Shown here in pieces: positions 24,836 to 37,638 of a stretch of DNA of 64,000 bases. The stretch comes from Octopus vulgaris. Taxonomy: Eukaryota. Positions within the stretch are counted from its first letter, which is position 1, and each line of letters starts with the position of its first letter. Under the pieces are notes generated by a model. It was not told where the DNA came from. It did no database searches and was given only the letters and a program-made list of their open reading frames with translations. A program made the position numbers and the translations under genes. The stretch spans positions 7,502,001 through 7,566,000 of the forward strand of contig OX597842.1 in NCBI GenBank assembly GCA_951406725.2, read 5' to 3'.

Positions 24836-26039
24836 CAACTATTGCCATTAATACTAATATACTATTCATTAGATAACGTAGTCCTGGATGCACTACGTTT
24901 GAATATAACATGAGGTGGTCACAGCTGGATCCTCTTTGATCATAGGTCTGCTGGATCAGGACTGACCCGTGGTTAAACAACAACAGCAAAACCTGCAACA
25001 TCCTAAAGACACTCTCTCCAGGTAATCGTAATACATATTGTACACATCCACACGGAAATGGCTGCAACATCAACCATTTCCCTGGCTGCAAGCACTGCAC
25101 TTGGGATGCACACCAACAACACTATGCACAACAGGACTGAAACTGCAACACCATCCTTGTTCATCTTTAGCTGCAACCACCACCAGATGTGCAGATGCAC
25201 AGCAACAGACTGCACAGTTGAAACTGTATGCAATATATCCTGCACCACATATACTTTGCTGCATGCTGGAATATGCGTTAAGCCTTTAGCATTCACACTA
25301 CGCACTTAGATGCAATGCTTATTGGAATAATCCTGCATTATCTCGTAATTAAATTTCAATTAAATATAACATTTGGTCACTTGTTTTCTTTATTCAAAAT
25401 TTGGACACAACTTATGGGATGATCTGATATATCTTATATAAAATCCATTCTGTCTGTCTGTGTGTGTGGCTTCTAGGATTTCGGAAACCCTCAATCCAAT
25501 TGCGCTCAAATTTGATATGTAGATACCAACGGTATCAGGGTGTGTATAAGTCTTGAAAAAATGGCAAAGATCAATTCCAGGTGAGAATGCAATCAGTAAA
25601 GCCATGGAAAATCGTTTTTCTTTGGAATAGATAAAAAGTCTATCTTTATTTCTTCTTTTGCCGGTGTCTCAAATTTAGGTTAAATCAGTGTTTCTCAAAG
25701 GGGAGGCCTATGGGACGGTCGGACAAGTTGTTTTAAAAAAATTTGGCTGAGTTGTCAAACTCAGCACCGTCAATTGGACGGGAGGGTGGCGTTTTGCTCG
25801 TATATACATACATACACACACAACAGGCTTGTTGCATTGAGATTTTGATTATGCGATTACTTATTTTTTGAATGTCATTCTATGGTAGGTATGAGAGGCC
25901 AGGTCTGGCTAGTTTAAACATAAAACAGAATATGTGGGCCACATGTGGCCAGTTGAACCCTTTAGCATTCAAATTACTCAGTCAAATGTAATGCTTATTC
26001 ACATTGTTTGGAATTAGTCATGGCTTATCTCATAACATT

Positions 26040-26292
26040 AAGATTTTGAAAGGTAGAAGAGTCCAGTTTGCTGGACATTGTTGTAGAGCTGAAAAAGAGG
26101 TAATTTCTACTCCTCTCCTCTGGAAGCCATCTGCTCGCGATACCAGAGGGCGCACACTCTCCTACCCTGATGTAATCTCCAGGGATACAGGCATCCAGCA
26201 ACAGGACCTCCGTAATGCCATGATGGACCGTGAAGTCTGGCGTAGCATGGTAAATTCCATTGTCTCGACCACGGTCGAACAATGATGATGAA
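26040..26292 (+). mobile_element. RTE-like LINE 3' fragment, second family
   Basis: RRVQFAGHCCR...LLWKP...RGR...AMMDREVWR and (TGA)n tail. Confidence 0.8.
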
Positions 26293-27698
26293 TGATGAAG
26301 ATTTTGATGACGTGATTGTTTTTAGAATGACATTGTAGGTTAGGTGTGAGAAGCCAAATCTGGCTGATCAGAACATAAAACAGGTAGAATATTTGAACTG
26401 GAAATGGCCAGTTTAACCTTATACCATTCACATTACTTTGTCAAGTAAAATGCTTATCTATTTACATTGTTATTAATAATCAACCATGGCTTACCTCATC
26501 GCATTAAGATTTTGATGATGTGATTATTTTTAGAATGACATTGTAGGGTAGGTGTGAGAAGCCAAATCCGACTAGCTTAAGCATAAAACAGAATATTTTG
26601 GCTGGATATGACCTTTAGTATTCAGATTTCTCTGTCAAATGTTATGCTTATTTATTCACATTGCTTTGAATTAATCATGCATTATCTCATAGCTTTGTGG
26701 AGGTGCAATGGCCCAGTGGTTAGGGCAGCGGACTCGCGGTCAGAGGGTCGCGGCTTCGATCCCAGACCGGGCGTTGTGTGTGTTTATTGAGTGAAAACAC
26801 CTAAAGCTCCATGAGGGTCCGGCAGGAAATGGTGGCAACCCCTGTTGTACTCTTTCACCCAAACTTTCTCTCACTCTCTCTCTTCCTGTTTCTTGAGTAA
26901 CGCTGCAATGGACTGGCGTCCCGTCCAGCTGGAGGGGGGACATACGCCACAGAAACCAGGTCCATGAGCCTGGCTAGGCTTGATAAGGGCGCATAAAAAA
27001 ATAAAATCTCATAGCTTTAAGATTTTGATGTGATATTTTATTTTAAGAATGACATTGCAGGGTGGGTGTGAGAGGTGGGATCTGGCCAGTTTGAACATAG
27101 AACAGAATATTTGGGCCAGATATGGCTGGTTAAAATGCTAAAAGGTTACATTTCTGAGGTAGGGGTGTGACATATATAGGATTACTCATAGCTATGCAGC
27201 TAACTGGGATTATGAAATGGCAGTAGCAACAACAACAGCAATGGAGGCGCAATGGCCCAGTGGTTAGGGCAGCGGACTTGTGGTCAGAGGATCGCAGTTT
27301 CGATTCCCAGACTGGGCGTTGTGTGTGTTTATTGAGCGAAAACACCTAAAGCTCCACGAGGCTCCGGCAGGGGGTGGTGGCGACCCCTGTTGCACTCTTT
27401 CGCTCCAACTTTCTCTCACTCTCTCTTCCTGTTTCTTGTCCCCGACTTCCTACGCAACCGCTGAGCCTGGATGTGCATTGTCGGGGGTTGACATGCTTTC
27501 TCTTCTGCGGGTCTTACAAATAGCAAAGGACCACGTTTCGGACTCTTCCACTGGGATGAAGACCGCTTCGCTCAACAAACAAACAAACAGCAGCCGCAGC
27601 AACAACAACACACAGAAAATATAAATATATCACAAAAAAAAAAAGCCTTTAATGATGAATAGCTGTGGTTACGTAGTGTCATTCATGCTGATACTTAC

Positions 27699-27923
27699 GT
27701 GGGGTGGCAGCAAGGGAGACCTTCAGTGTCCCTGGTTCAGCTTCGGCAGCTGGTGTAGCCCCTTCCATTGTCTCTGGCTCCTTAGACTCGCTAGGCGGGT
27801 GCGAGAGCTTCTTTCCCCTCTTGCTGAGGGCCCGTGCGATCGCCGAGTGCTCAGTGGGCAGGTTGGCCAGAAGATGGAACACGTTGCGTTTACGAATGAT
27901 CGTGTAAACAAGATTGGAGTTAC
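27699..27923 (-). CDS. HID1: HID1 exon (GNSNLVYTIIRKRNVFH...PGTLKVSLAATP)
   Basis: Conserved motifs; cag/gtaagt; 225 nt. Confidence 0.95.
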
Positions 27924-28173
27924 CTGGAGGATTTCGTTCACATTTGGTTCAGTCGCAGAGACAAATAATGTCAATGGTGGTGGTATTATATAGAGGAAAG
28001 AGAGAAAAAAACAAGAGACGATGAGAAAGATGGGAGGAGCTTTTTGAATTAGGGGAGGGTCTATACCAGCATAGAAAATGGACATTAAAGGATGATGTTG
28101 ATGATGACTTATGCACACATATACATGTATACACATTCACAGTTCTCTGAAGTGCTTCAAAGTTAGAGAAAAA

Positions 28174-28351
28174 GTGTGCAGGAGTGGCTATGTGGTAAGT
28201 AGCTTGCTTACAAACCACATGGTTCCGGGTTCAGTCCCACTGCGTGGCACCTTGGGCAAGTAAGTGTCTTCTACTATAGCCTTGGGCCGACCAAAGCCTC
28301 ATGAGTGGATTTGGTAAATGGAAACTGAAAGAAGCCCGTCGTGTATGTATG

Positions 28352-28398
<47 letters not shown>

Positions 28399-28625
28399 AT
28401 ATGTTTGTGTGTCTGTGTTTGTCCCCCAACCTCGCTTGACAACTGATGCTGGTGTGTTTATGTCCCCATCACTTAGTGGTTCATCAAAATAGACCGATAG
28501 AATAAGTACTAGGCTTACAAAGAATAAGTCCTGGGGTCGATTTGCTCGACTAAAGGCAGTGCCCCAGCATGACCGCAGTCAACTGACTGAAACAAGTAAA
28601 AGAGTAAAAAGAGAGACTAAAGAGT
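28174..28625 (+). mobile_element. SINE family A
   Basis: Full-length copy. Confidence 0.85.
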
Positions 28626-28877
28626 ATCCAATATAGACTAGGGATAATTTTGAATACAGTATTATATATTAAGAACCATGTTGTTCATTTAAAGTTACTT
28701 GATGGTTTCATGTAAAATCAGATCTCCCTAAAGAGTGTATGATTTAGCAATCATCAGATACAACTGATCAGACAAGAAAAGCCAAAGCTCTTTTGCAGTT
28801 GATCATCAGTGCAAATGAAGTCTGGATATAGTTTTGCTTTTTGAGGGACAGAGGGGGTGATAAAAGAGAATACATAC

Positions 28878-28980
28878 CATCAAACTGATATTGGATGATA
28901 TTGTTGAAAACTTCTAACAAGAAGAACACAAGATGATGGTTTGTTGGACTGGCATAGAGAAACCATGGAGTACTAAATGC
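28878..28980 (-). CDS. HID1: HID1 exon (AFSTPWFLYASPTNHHLVFFLLEVFNNIIQYQFD)
   Basis: Conserved motif; cag/gtatgt; 103 nt. Confidence 0.95.
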
Positions 28981-29322
28981 CTGGGGAAAGATAAAGAGAA
29001 AAATAGATATAGAGTGAGTTTGAGAGAGACGGAGAAGAGAGTATAGGAGAAATAGAGAGATTGTGAATAGAGAGAGTATTAGAGTTAAGGAGAGAGACAC
29101 AAAAGAGGGTCAAGAGTTGGAAAGAGACAGACAAACACTGAGAGAGGAGAGAGAAAGAGAGGAGAGAAGCAGAGGGACAGAGACAGACAGATATGTGTGC
29201 ATGTGTATATATATATATTGAAAAAAACGGTAAGATAACAAAAGAAAGAAAGAGACCTCAATATTATGTAAATAGAGGAATTTATCTGTAAATGTAATAT
29301 GTGACAATTATTCGGTAGTCAA

Positions 29323-29383
29323 GATAAAACTCCGAGTTTCGGATGTCGGGGTGGAAATCCACGCCACCACCTCTTCAGTTATC
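29323..29383 (-). ncRNA. Hammerhead ribozyme, inverted-pair arm, sense to HID1
   Basis: gataa-CTGAAGA-long stem II-GAAACTC g GAGTT-ttatc. Confidence 0.65.
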
Positions 29384-29450
29384 CGGCCATTGGAAAAAAT
29401 GCTTCCTTTTGTTTAATGGTCATTTTTCATAGCATTTTTTCCGATGGCCG

Positions 29451-29510
29451 GATAACTGAAGAGATGGTGGCGTGGATTTCCACTCTGACATCCGAAACTC
29501 GGAGTTTTAT
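29451..29510 (+). ncRNA. Hammerhead ribozyme, inverted-pair arm
   Basis: gataa-CTGAAGA-gatg..catc-c-GAAACTC g GAGTT-ttat. Confidence 0.65.
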
Positions 29511-29577
29511 AATGGCTACTGAATAATTGTCACATATTACAATTACAGATATATATATATATATACACATACATTTA

Positions 29578-29626
<49 letters not shown>

Positions 29627-29680
29627 GAAAAAAAACAAGTCAAGATAGAAAATGCTAAAATAATTTTATAAAGAACATTT

Positions 29681-29716
29681 CAGTACCGGTTTCAGTCATT
29701 GAGACTTTTTCAACTG
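29681..29716 (-). ncRNA. Hammerhead-like ribozyme with U3-A8 core
   Basis: cag-TTGAAAA-agtc tcaat gact-GAAAC cg GTA-ctg. Confidence 0.6.
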
Positions 29717-30043
29717 TAACGATTAAATAATTAAATTTAGAAAAATTAAAAGCAAAGTTTTTTTAAAAGAATATTTGTATAGTGTTCAAATACAAGGGGC
29801 ATTTTTCTTGTTTCTGCCTTTCTCTGTCTCTCTTGTTTACTCTTGTGGGTTCGAGGTCCATGTGAATTCTTGGTAGGGACCATGCACACACACAGACAGA
29901 CAAGCAGACACAAAGACTGACAGAAAAGAAGATAGATACAGTGATAGAATGTGAGAAAGAAAGTGTGTAAAGGCAGTAAATCATTTTTACTTTCGCATAT
30001 TTTGCTTTAAAAAGAGAAGTGAAACAGTGATGGTGGAACTTAC

Positions 30044-30105
30044 TTGTAGGAGATGTAATAACTTGGTGCTGGCTACCATTGACAAGGTCTTTAGATAAGG
30101 GGACA
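30044..30105 (-). CDS. HID1: HID1 exon (VSPYLKTLSMVASTKLLHLLQ)
   Basis: Conserved motif; cag/gtaagt; 62 nt. Confidence 0.94.
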
Positions 30106-30217
30106 CTGCAATGAGATATATAAAAATATATCAATAGACAGATAGATAAATATATATATATATTGATATTTATAACAAAACAGAAAACAGGACATTTTTT
30201 GGTATTATTCATTCACT

Positions 30218-30381
30218 AGGCATAGGAGTGGCTGTGTGGTATGTAGCTTGCTTGCCAACCACATGGTTCTGGGTTCAGTCCCACTATGTGACACCTTGGG
30301 CAAGTGTCTTCTGCTATAACCTCAAGCTGACCAAAGCCTTGTGAGTGGATTTGGTAGACGGAAACTGAAAGAAGCCCGTCG

Positions 30382-30414
<33 letters not shown>

Positions 30415-30621
30415 ATGTTTGTGTGTCTGTGTTTATCCCCCCCAACATCGCTTGACAACCGATGCTGGTGTGTTTATGTCCCCGTAACTTAGCAGTTCGG
30501 CAAAAGGGACCAATAGAATAAGTACTAGGCTTACAAAGAATAACTCCTAGGGTCGATTTGCTCAACTAGAGGCAGTGCTCCAGCATGGCCACAGTCAAAT
30601 GACTGAAACAAGTAAAAGAGT
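30218..30621 (+). mobile_element. SINE family A
   Basis: Full-length copy. Confidence 0.85.
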
Positions 30622-30643
30622 AATATATATATATATATATACA

Positions 30644-31030
30644 CTAGCAGTATCGCCCGGCATTGCTCGGGTTTGTTTCGACCCTTTAGAATTGGAACTT
30701 TTGAAAAGTAAAAATTTTGCATTATGTAGCTTGTTATTCTCTTTAAGTGAACATTTTTCTGGTTGAAATACACCGAAAAATGATGACACAGCAGTAAAAA
30801 AAATCATTAAAAAATGGGGATTTTCATAGAAAAAAAGCACCTTTTTGATGTAAATAATTTTTGGTGTTAATATGGTCCGATTTGAATTTTTTCTTCTACG
30901 GAAGGAAGAGCAAGCCTTCTTCTATCATACTCTCAATTTTGGTCAATTTGCACTGCAGGGTCTCAGAGGAGATAGTGTTAGTTGAAGGCTACCAAACCTG
31001 CCACACACAGACAACTTCAGCTTTATATAT
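30644..31030 (-). mobile_element. Non-autonomous Helitron with the same 3' end but a different body
   Basis: ctagcagtatcgcccggcattgctcggg terminus. Confidence 0.7.
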
Positions 31031-31334
31031 ATATATATATTCTCATCATCGTTTAACGTCCGTTTTCTCTGCTAGCAGAGGATTGGCATATTTCAGCTTG
31101 TCTATTAAGTCCACTCACAATTTTTGATCAGCCCAGAGCTACAGTTGAAGATAGCTCTTACCCATGATAACTACAGGTCATATACATATAAAAATGACAA
31201 GGCAAAGTGAGGATTTTTTTGTGGTAAGACAAAACGGGTTAAGCTTAGGCTTAACCCATTTTGTCTCACCACAAAAAAAATATAAACAAGCTGGCAAAGT
31301 GGGAGCAAGTAAGAAGAGGAACGAAGTTCTGTAC

Positions 31335-31413
31335 CATTGACAATAATTGTGAGTAAGCAATCAAAGAGAGGTTGAAGACGTTGATGACCTGTGGTGATGA
31401 TCTTGTGGAAAAC
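31335..31413 (-). CDS. HID1: HID1 exon (VFHKIITTGHQRLQPLFDCLLTIIVN)
   Basis: Conserved motif; cag/gtacag; 79 nt. Confidence 0.95.
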
Positions 31414-31540
31414 CTGCAAAAAAATGAGTAAAAGATTAATAAAGAAATAGAGGCAGAAGAGTGTAAGGATAAGGGGAGATAATTTTAGAAGTTAAGCAGT
31501 TGACAGAAAATTGTATGTATGTTTCTATAATAAGCATGTA

Positions 31541-31581
<41 letters not shown>

Positions 31582-31746
31582 TCTGCGGCCATGCTAGGAA
31601 ACCACTTTGAGGGATTTTTTTTGTCAAATAGTTGAGCCCAGTACTTATTCAATCAGTCTCTTTTGCTGAAAACACACCAGCAATGGTTGTCAAGTGGTGA
31701 TGAGGCAAAAACACAGATACACAGATGTATATATATGTGGGTGTAT

Positions 31747-31779
<33 letters not shown>

Positions 31780-32729
31780 GTTAATCCAAACATGAACAAA
31801 GAGAAAACGCAACAACGTGAGGATGTGGAACAAGTATAGTGTTATTGGATGCTCAGGAAAGAAGGAAAGAAGGAGGATTTAACGTTTTGAGCAGAGCTCT
31901 CCGTCAGAAACATTTAAATTTAATCATTGTTTGAATTTCTTAATAAAGTCCTTTTTCTCTCAGTTTTCTCTCAATTTCATTCAGGTTGTAAAGTTTATGA
32001 AATGGGAATATCATAAAAGTTTTCCAACCACATGTTGCCAGATGGTTACTCAGTGGTATTTGGTGCCAAATATCACTGAGTAACTATATATGGTTATATA
32101 TATGACCGCGTGTGTATCGTTGGTGATTTTCTTTCTCCATCTTCCCTTCCTTGGACTGAGAGAAAAGGACTTTATTAAGAAATTCAAACCCAAGCTTAAC
32201 AAACAATGATTAAATTTAATCTTATTTGGGGTTTAAAACTCTTATCCCTATAACTTAAACACAAAAAAATCTCTAAAAAGTACTGCTGTCATCATTTCTA
32301 AAAATAGACATTGAAAAATGGTTTGGCCTCATTTCTAAAAATAGCCAAGCAACTACTACTGTTGTCCACAGGAACATATCTTAAGGACAAAAGACAGCCA
32401 ATCAACTACAGTTGAACATATCTTAAGGACAAAAGACAGCCAATCAACTACAGTTGAAACACTCCTGTCACAACCTGGGACCTTGAAGACTGCTTTAATG
32501 CAAGAAACTATACTAGTCCCTTAATATTTGATATTCAATATTTCATCTATTCAATTAGACAATCAATACTTCATTTCATTTTACTATATATATTTACTAT
32601 TTGTACTATATATTCTAGATTCTACATTAATATTATAAAGAATATAAATAAAACATAAAAAACAGAGTTGGAATTCCTTTGAATAATAGATATCCCTCTA
32701 TTCACAATCATACAAACCCCTTTTTATTC

Positions 32730-32740
<11 letters not shown>
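31780..32740. mobile_element. Rearranged Penelope-like remnant with inverted GIY-YIG C-terminal fragments and decayed hammerheads
   Basis: Minus-strand HQIPLSNHLATCG..FMIFPFHK (~31960-32067); plus-strand REKDFIKKFKPKLNKQ* (~32156-32209); decayed hammerhead motifs at ~31877-31912 (-) and ~32490-32530 (+). Confidence 0.7.
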
Positions 32741-32762
<22 letters not shown>

Positions 32763-32852
32763 CACACACACACACAAGCATACTTCACACAGTATGCTTT
32801 TGGAGGGATTGGTTTGGCTAGGCTGAGTATAGGTGTAGTATGATTGCTGAAG

Positions 32853-33630
32853 TGAAGGCACATGGCTCAGTGGTTAGAGGATCAGGCTCACAATCATGAC
32901 GTAATGAGTTCGATTCCCAGACCAGGCTGTGTGTGCTGTGTTCTTGAGCAAGACACTTTATTTCACATTGCTCCAGTCCACTCAGCTGTAGAAATGAGTT
33001 GCGACGTCACTGGTGCCAAGCTGTATCAACCTTTGCCTTTCCCTTGGATAACACTGGTGGCATGGATGATTACTGGTCTTCCATAAACAACCTTGCCCAG
33101 ACTTGTGCCTGGGAAGGTAACATTCTAGATGCAATCCCATGGTCATTCATGACCAAAAGAGGTTTTTACCCTTTACCCTATGTACATATAAAGGCATGGA
33201 GAGGGGAGGCTGGTATGCATGGGTGGCTGCTGGTCTTCCATAAACAACCTTGCCTGGACTTCGGTCTCAGAAGGGAACTTTCTAGGTGCAATCCCATGGT
33301 CATTCATGACCAAAGGGGGTCTTTACCCTCTACCCTATGTACATATAATGGCATGGAGAGGGGAGGCTGGGATGCATGTGTGACTAGTGGTCTTCCATAA
33401 ACAACCTTGCCCAGACTTGTGCCTGGGAGGATAACTTTCTAGGTGCAATCCTATGGCCATTCATGACCAAAGGGGATCTTTACCCTTTACCCTATGTACA
33501 TATAACAATGTAGAGAGGGGAGGCTGGTATGCATGGGTGACTGCTGGTCTTCCATAAACAACCATGCCTGGACTTGTGCCTCAGAGAGGCAAATTGTAGG
33601 TGCAATTCCATGGTTATTCATGACCGAGAG
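32853..33630 (+). mobile_element. tRNA-derived SINE family D with 3' part amplified about 4 times (~158-bp period)
   Basis: A/B boxes; gtgttcttgagcaagacac core; repeated tail. Confidence 0.75.
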
Positions 33631-34274
33631 CAGGTCTTTATGTTTGGCTATGGAAAAGAGATTTTCACAATTACATGTCCCACTAAAATAAAAGAAAATA
33701 AGTTGGATCCCAGGCCCCACCATAATTTTCCCAAGCCCCCAGCTGTGGAAATCACTGCATTATATGGTAGGGAAAGATAATTTGAAGGAGTCAAAAGGTT
33801 AAAATCATCATCAACATTTGGATATTACTCTCTCGGGCCCTAGGAATTGTAGGGCCTGTGAGATGACTTCTATGGGCTGTAAGAGACTGAGATCACAACA
33901 CTGCCCCTGGATGGGATGCCATTCTGTCACAGTGGTGCTCATTTAGGGAAGAGGAGACTGGTGCAATGTGAAGAGACAGATAGATACAGAGAAACTGAGT
34001 CAGAAGAGACAGGCAGACAGTTAACAGATGGACGGATGGATAGATAGACAGACAGACAGGCAGATAGACACAAAGACAGATAGATAACTACATGGAAAGA
34101 TAGATAGACAGACAGGAAGTCAAGCAGATGGAAAGTCAGACAGACCAATAGACACAAAGACAGACAGACAGACAGGGTCAAAGACCTGTGCAGAAGACAC
34201 AAAGACCAACAGATTGATGGGAGTTAAGCAGACACTGAGTGGGTGGATGGGTAGATGGATGGATAGACAGATAG

Positions 34275-34632
34275 ATAGACACAAAGACAAAGTTGAGACC
34301 CCCTTCGGTCATGAATGACCATGGGATTGCACCTAGAAAGTTATCTTTCCAGGCACGAGTCCAGGCAAGGTTGTTTATGGAAGGCCAGCACTCACCCATG
34401 GATACCGGCCTCCCCTCTCCACGCCACCAGTGTTCTCCAAGGGAAAGGCAAAGGGGCCGATACAGCTTGGCACCTGAGACGTTGCAACTCATTTCTACAG
34501 CTGAGTGAACTGGAGCAACGTGAAATAAAGTGTCTTGCTCAAGAACACAAACCGTGGCCTGGTCTGGGATTCGAACTCACAACCTCATGATCGTAAGCTC
34601 GACACTCTAACCACTGAGCCATGTGCCTTCAC
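34275..34632 (-). mobile_element. SINE family D
   Basis: Reverse complement of the 32853 element. Confidence 0.75.
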
Positions 34633-34736
34633 ATATACACAAAGACAGATAGACAGCTACAGAGAAAGATAGATAGTCAGACAGAAAGACAGGCAGATGG
34701 AAAGTCAGACAGACAGTTAGACAAGGAGTAACTTAC

Positions 34737-34888
34737 AATGATGAGGAAGTCAGCATGAGTACCAGTGAATACAGGAATGTCCATCGGTACTCGGACAGAG
34801 TACGGTTTATTGAGTCGGACACCAAAGTTGCGCTCACCACTGAGCAACAGCAGGATGAAGACACCGATGTGCATGAGACCAACACGAG
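34737..34888 (-). CDS. HID1: HID1 exon (SRVGLMHIGVFILLLLSGERNFGVRLNKPY...DFLII)
   Basis: Near-identical to the HID1 signature segment; cag/gtaagt; 152 nt. Confidence 0.96.
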
Positions 34889-35145
34889 CTGTAGAGAGAG
34901 AAGGAGAGAAAGGAGAGAAGGTTAGTGATGGGTGAGTGAGAAGTGGGTGTTTATTTTCTCAATTATGTTATATGGTAGGTATAAGAAGCCTGATCTGGTC
35001 AGTTTGAATATAAAATATTTGGGCCTGAAGTGGATGGTTTTGACCACTGAAGAGTTAAATAATCGGGCAAGGAATAAAGGGAAGATGGAATATGGAAAGA
35101 GATGAGAGTGGGGGAAAAGGAGGTGAAAGGATGTAAGGAGTTTAA

Positions 35146-36233
35146 CCCTTTCGTTACCAAACCGCCCAAAGCTGCCTGAAAAAACTTTTGGTTAATGTGA
35201 CCAAACCGCCCAAACCCGACTGTATTTACCTATTCATATTTAAATGAGAATATCAGAGCAAATCTCTTTAGTACATTCGTGAAAACATGTGATTATGCTT
35301 CGTAAACAGTTCATCTACAGTTTTATACAATGATCGAAGTGTAATTTTAATTACGTTAATTTTGGGAGATTTTTTTCCGAAATTTGTTCCTATTGTGTTT
35401 TCAAAATTTGTAATTCTGACAAAAAATGGATACGAATTTCATTATATCAAGCAGCGAGTCAGAATTCGAAGGATTTTCTACTGAAGACCTTCATAAATCT
35501 AACTCTATGACTGAAAAAAAAAAAGCACGTGGTATTTGATAATGAATCTGATGTTTCATTTTCCGAAAGTGAAAACAGTGAATCCGAGAGCTCCGACAGC
35601 GATAAAGAAAATGAATTGGCACCTGAATGGAGTGAAAATTTAAAAACTGTTTCTTTCGGTGATTTTTCTGAAGAAACTGGACCAAGCCACAGACTTTCCC
35701 AGGAGAGTAAAGCCTTAGACTATTTCTTTTTACGTTTTCGAATGAGCCTATTTGAAATCATTACGACGGAAACGAACCGTTACGCTAAATGTAAACAAAG
35801 CGAAAGAAAGGATAGTTAGTGGTTTCCCACAACCTTAAATGAAATTAAGACTATTTTGCCATAAATATTATTATGGGTATCAGAAAGTTACCCAGAATAA
35901 CAAATTCTATCGTAAAATTTTGTTGTATACCCAATTGAATATTAGCTAATAACCCATTTTCTATAGCGATGTTTGAAAAAAATTATAATAATTTTATATT
36001 TTGTTGAATTTACCTGCATCTACCTGCAATTAGAGTCACCTTGTGACAAAAATTATAGTATAGAATTGGTTGAGAACATTTCATTAAATTATCTTCCAAA
36101 AATCAGATTAATAGATTGATAAATAAAAAAGTTATAGTTGTTTAATGAAACCAGACTAAATTTATGATTATGTTAGAAATTAATTGAAACACATAAGGGG
36201 TGTATTTTGGTCAGAAATATAGTAACGAAAGGG
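35146..36233 (+). mobile_element. Internally deleted piggyBac transposon
   Basis: TTAA TSDs, 12-bp TIR ccctttcgttac, broken transposase N-terminus (acidic tract, ALDYFF..LFEIITTETNRYA). Confidence 0.88.
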
Positions 36234-36657
36234 TTAAACAGAATCAGTTATAAGGATGTGAGAGGAGAGGAAAGGGGTAGGGGAGAATAGGGCCAAAAAA
36301 AGGAGAGAGAGAGAGAGAGAGAGATGGGGAGTAGGTAGGCTGTAGGGGATGAGAATGGAAGAGGCAGAGGAGTAGGAGAAGAGAGTGAGGGGTGAGTGAT
36401 GGGAAGAGGAGGAGAGAGATGGCGGGATAAAGAGGCAATGATTAGAAAAGAGGAGAGAGAAGTAAGAGGGGCAAGAGAGAGGGAAGTGAGGAGGGAGAGA
36501 GGAGAGGTGAGGAGGGAGAGAGTATTATCGATGAGAACGGGGGAGTGAGGGAGAGAAGAGGAGAGAAGGAAGGAGAGGTGAGTAAGTTGGAAATGGAAAG
36601 AGAGAGGGAGGTAAGGAGGCAGAAGAGAGAGAGAAAGAGAGAGAGTATGCTACTCAC

Positions 36658-36748
36658 ATTGGTCAGCTCTAGCATCATTGAGGAAATATAGAATAGGTAC
36701 GAGGACATCGAGAACATCACTACTCTTCAACACATAGAACATGAATTT
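36658..36748 (-). CDS. HID1: HID1 exon (KFMFYVLKSSDVLDVLVPILYFLNDARADQ)
   Basis: VLKSSDVLD and LNDARADQ motifs; cag/gtgagt; 91 nt. Confidence 0.95.
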
Positions 36749-37080
36749 CTGCAAAAGAGGGGGAAAAATAATAATAATAATAATAATTCTGACTGTAGGC
36801 ACAAGGCCTGAAATTTTGGGAGAGGTGGGGGGGGGCTAAGGGGGTAAGTTGATTACATAGACTCCAGTACTTAACTGTTGTTTATTTTAACAATCCTCAG
36901 AGGATGAAAGACAAAATGAACTTAAGTGGCATTTGAACCCAGAACGTAAAGACAGATAGAATACTGCAAAGCATTTTACCCGTCAGGCTAACAATTATGC
37001 CAGCTTAATAATAATAATAATAATAGTAGTAGTAGTAGTAGTAATAATAATAATAATAATAATAATAATGATAATAATAA

Positions 37081-37638
37081 ATGCCCTGATGCAGTACCAG
37101 GCAGTGGCTGTCATGGCTTCTGATCTTAACTGATTGGAAGTGTTATCATGTACATTGTTTTGTCTTGGTATAAAAGATGGGCCACAGCAAATATTCTGCT
37201 CAAAACCACAGATTTGCTTGTCAGTTGTTTGACCTTAACCAGTTGAGCATGTCCCTTAGTGGTTGGCGATATGTGCATATCTGATCACGAGCAGAAGTAG
37301 TGGGGGAGCATCATAGCCGTGTGTTGAGAGGGATTCTTTGGGGTTTGAGTAATTCACCTCTGGAAACATGGGTGGTTCGTTCAACATCCTTAAACGATCC
37401 TTATTCAGGGACCCTTTGAGCGGGATGGGCTACTCAACCTGAAGAAAATTCTAACTGGGCCCCACCTGCAAGGTCATGTGCTGTTTATCTTGATATGAGA
37501 TCACCATGTCGCGCACATATGGTTGTGATGCATGTGCCTGGTGTACCCTTATCAGACGGGTAGTCATGATGGGTATATTGGGCTTCGTATATTTGTACCC
37601 CAGTGTCACTTTGATGGCATGCACTGCTCTCTCACTCA
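37081..37638 (-). mobile_element. (AAT)n-flanked ~560-bp repeat, longest copy
   Basis: Reverse complement of the 19173 element plus ~55 nt. Confidence 0.8.

Noticed and set aside
24990-25310. Overlapping short ORFs in a TGCA-rich stretch
   Set aside because: No recognisable domain or phase-compatible splice sites; likely a degenerate repeat.
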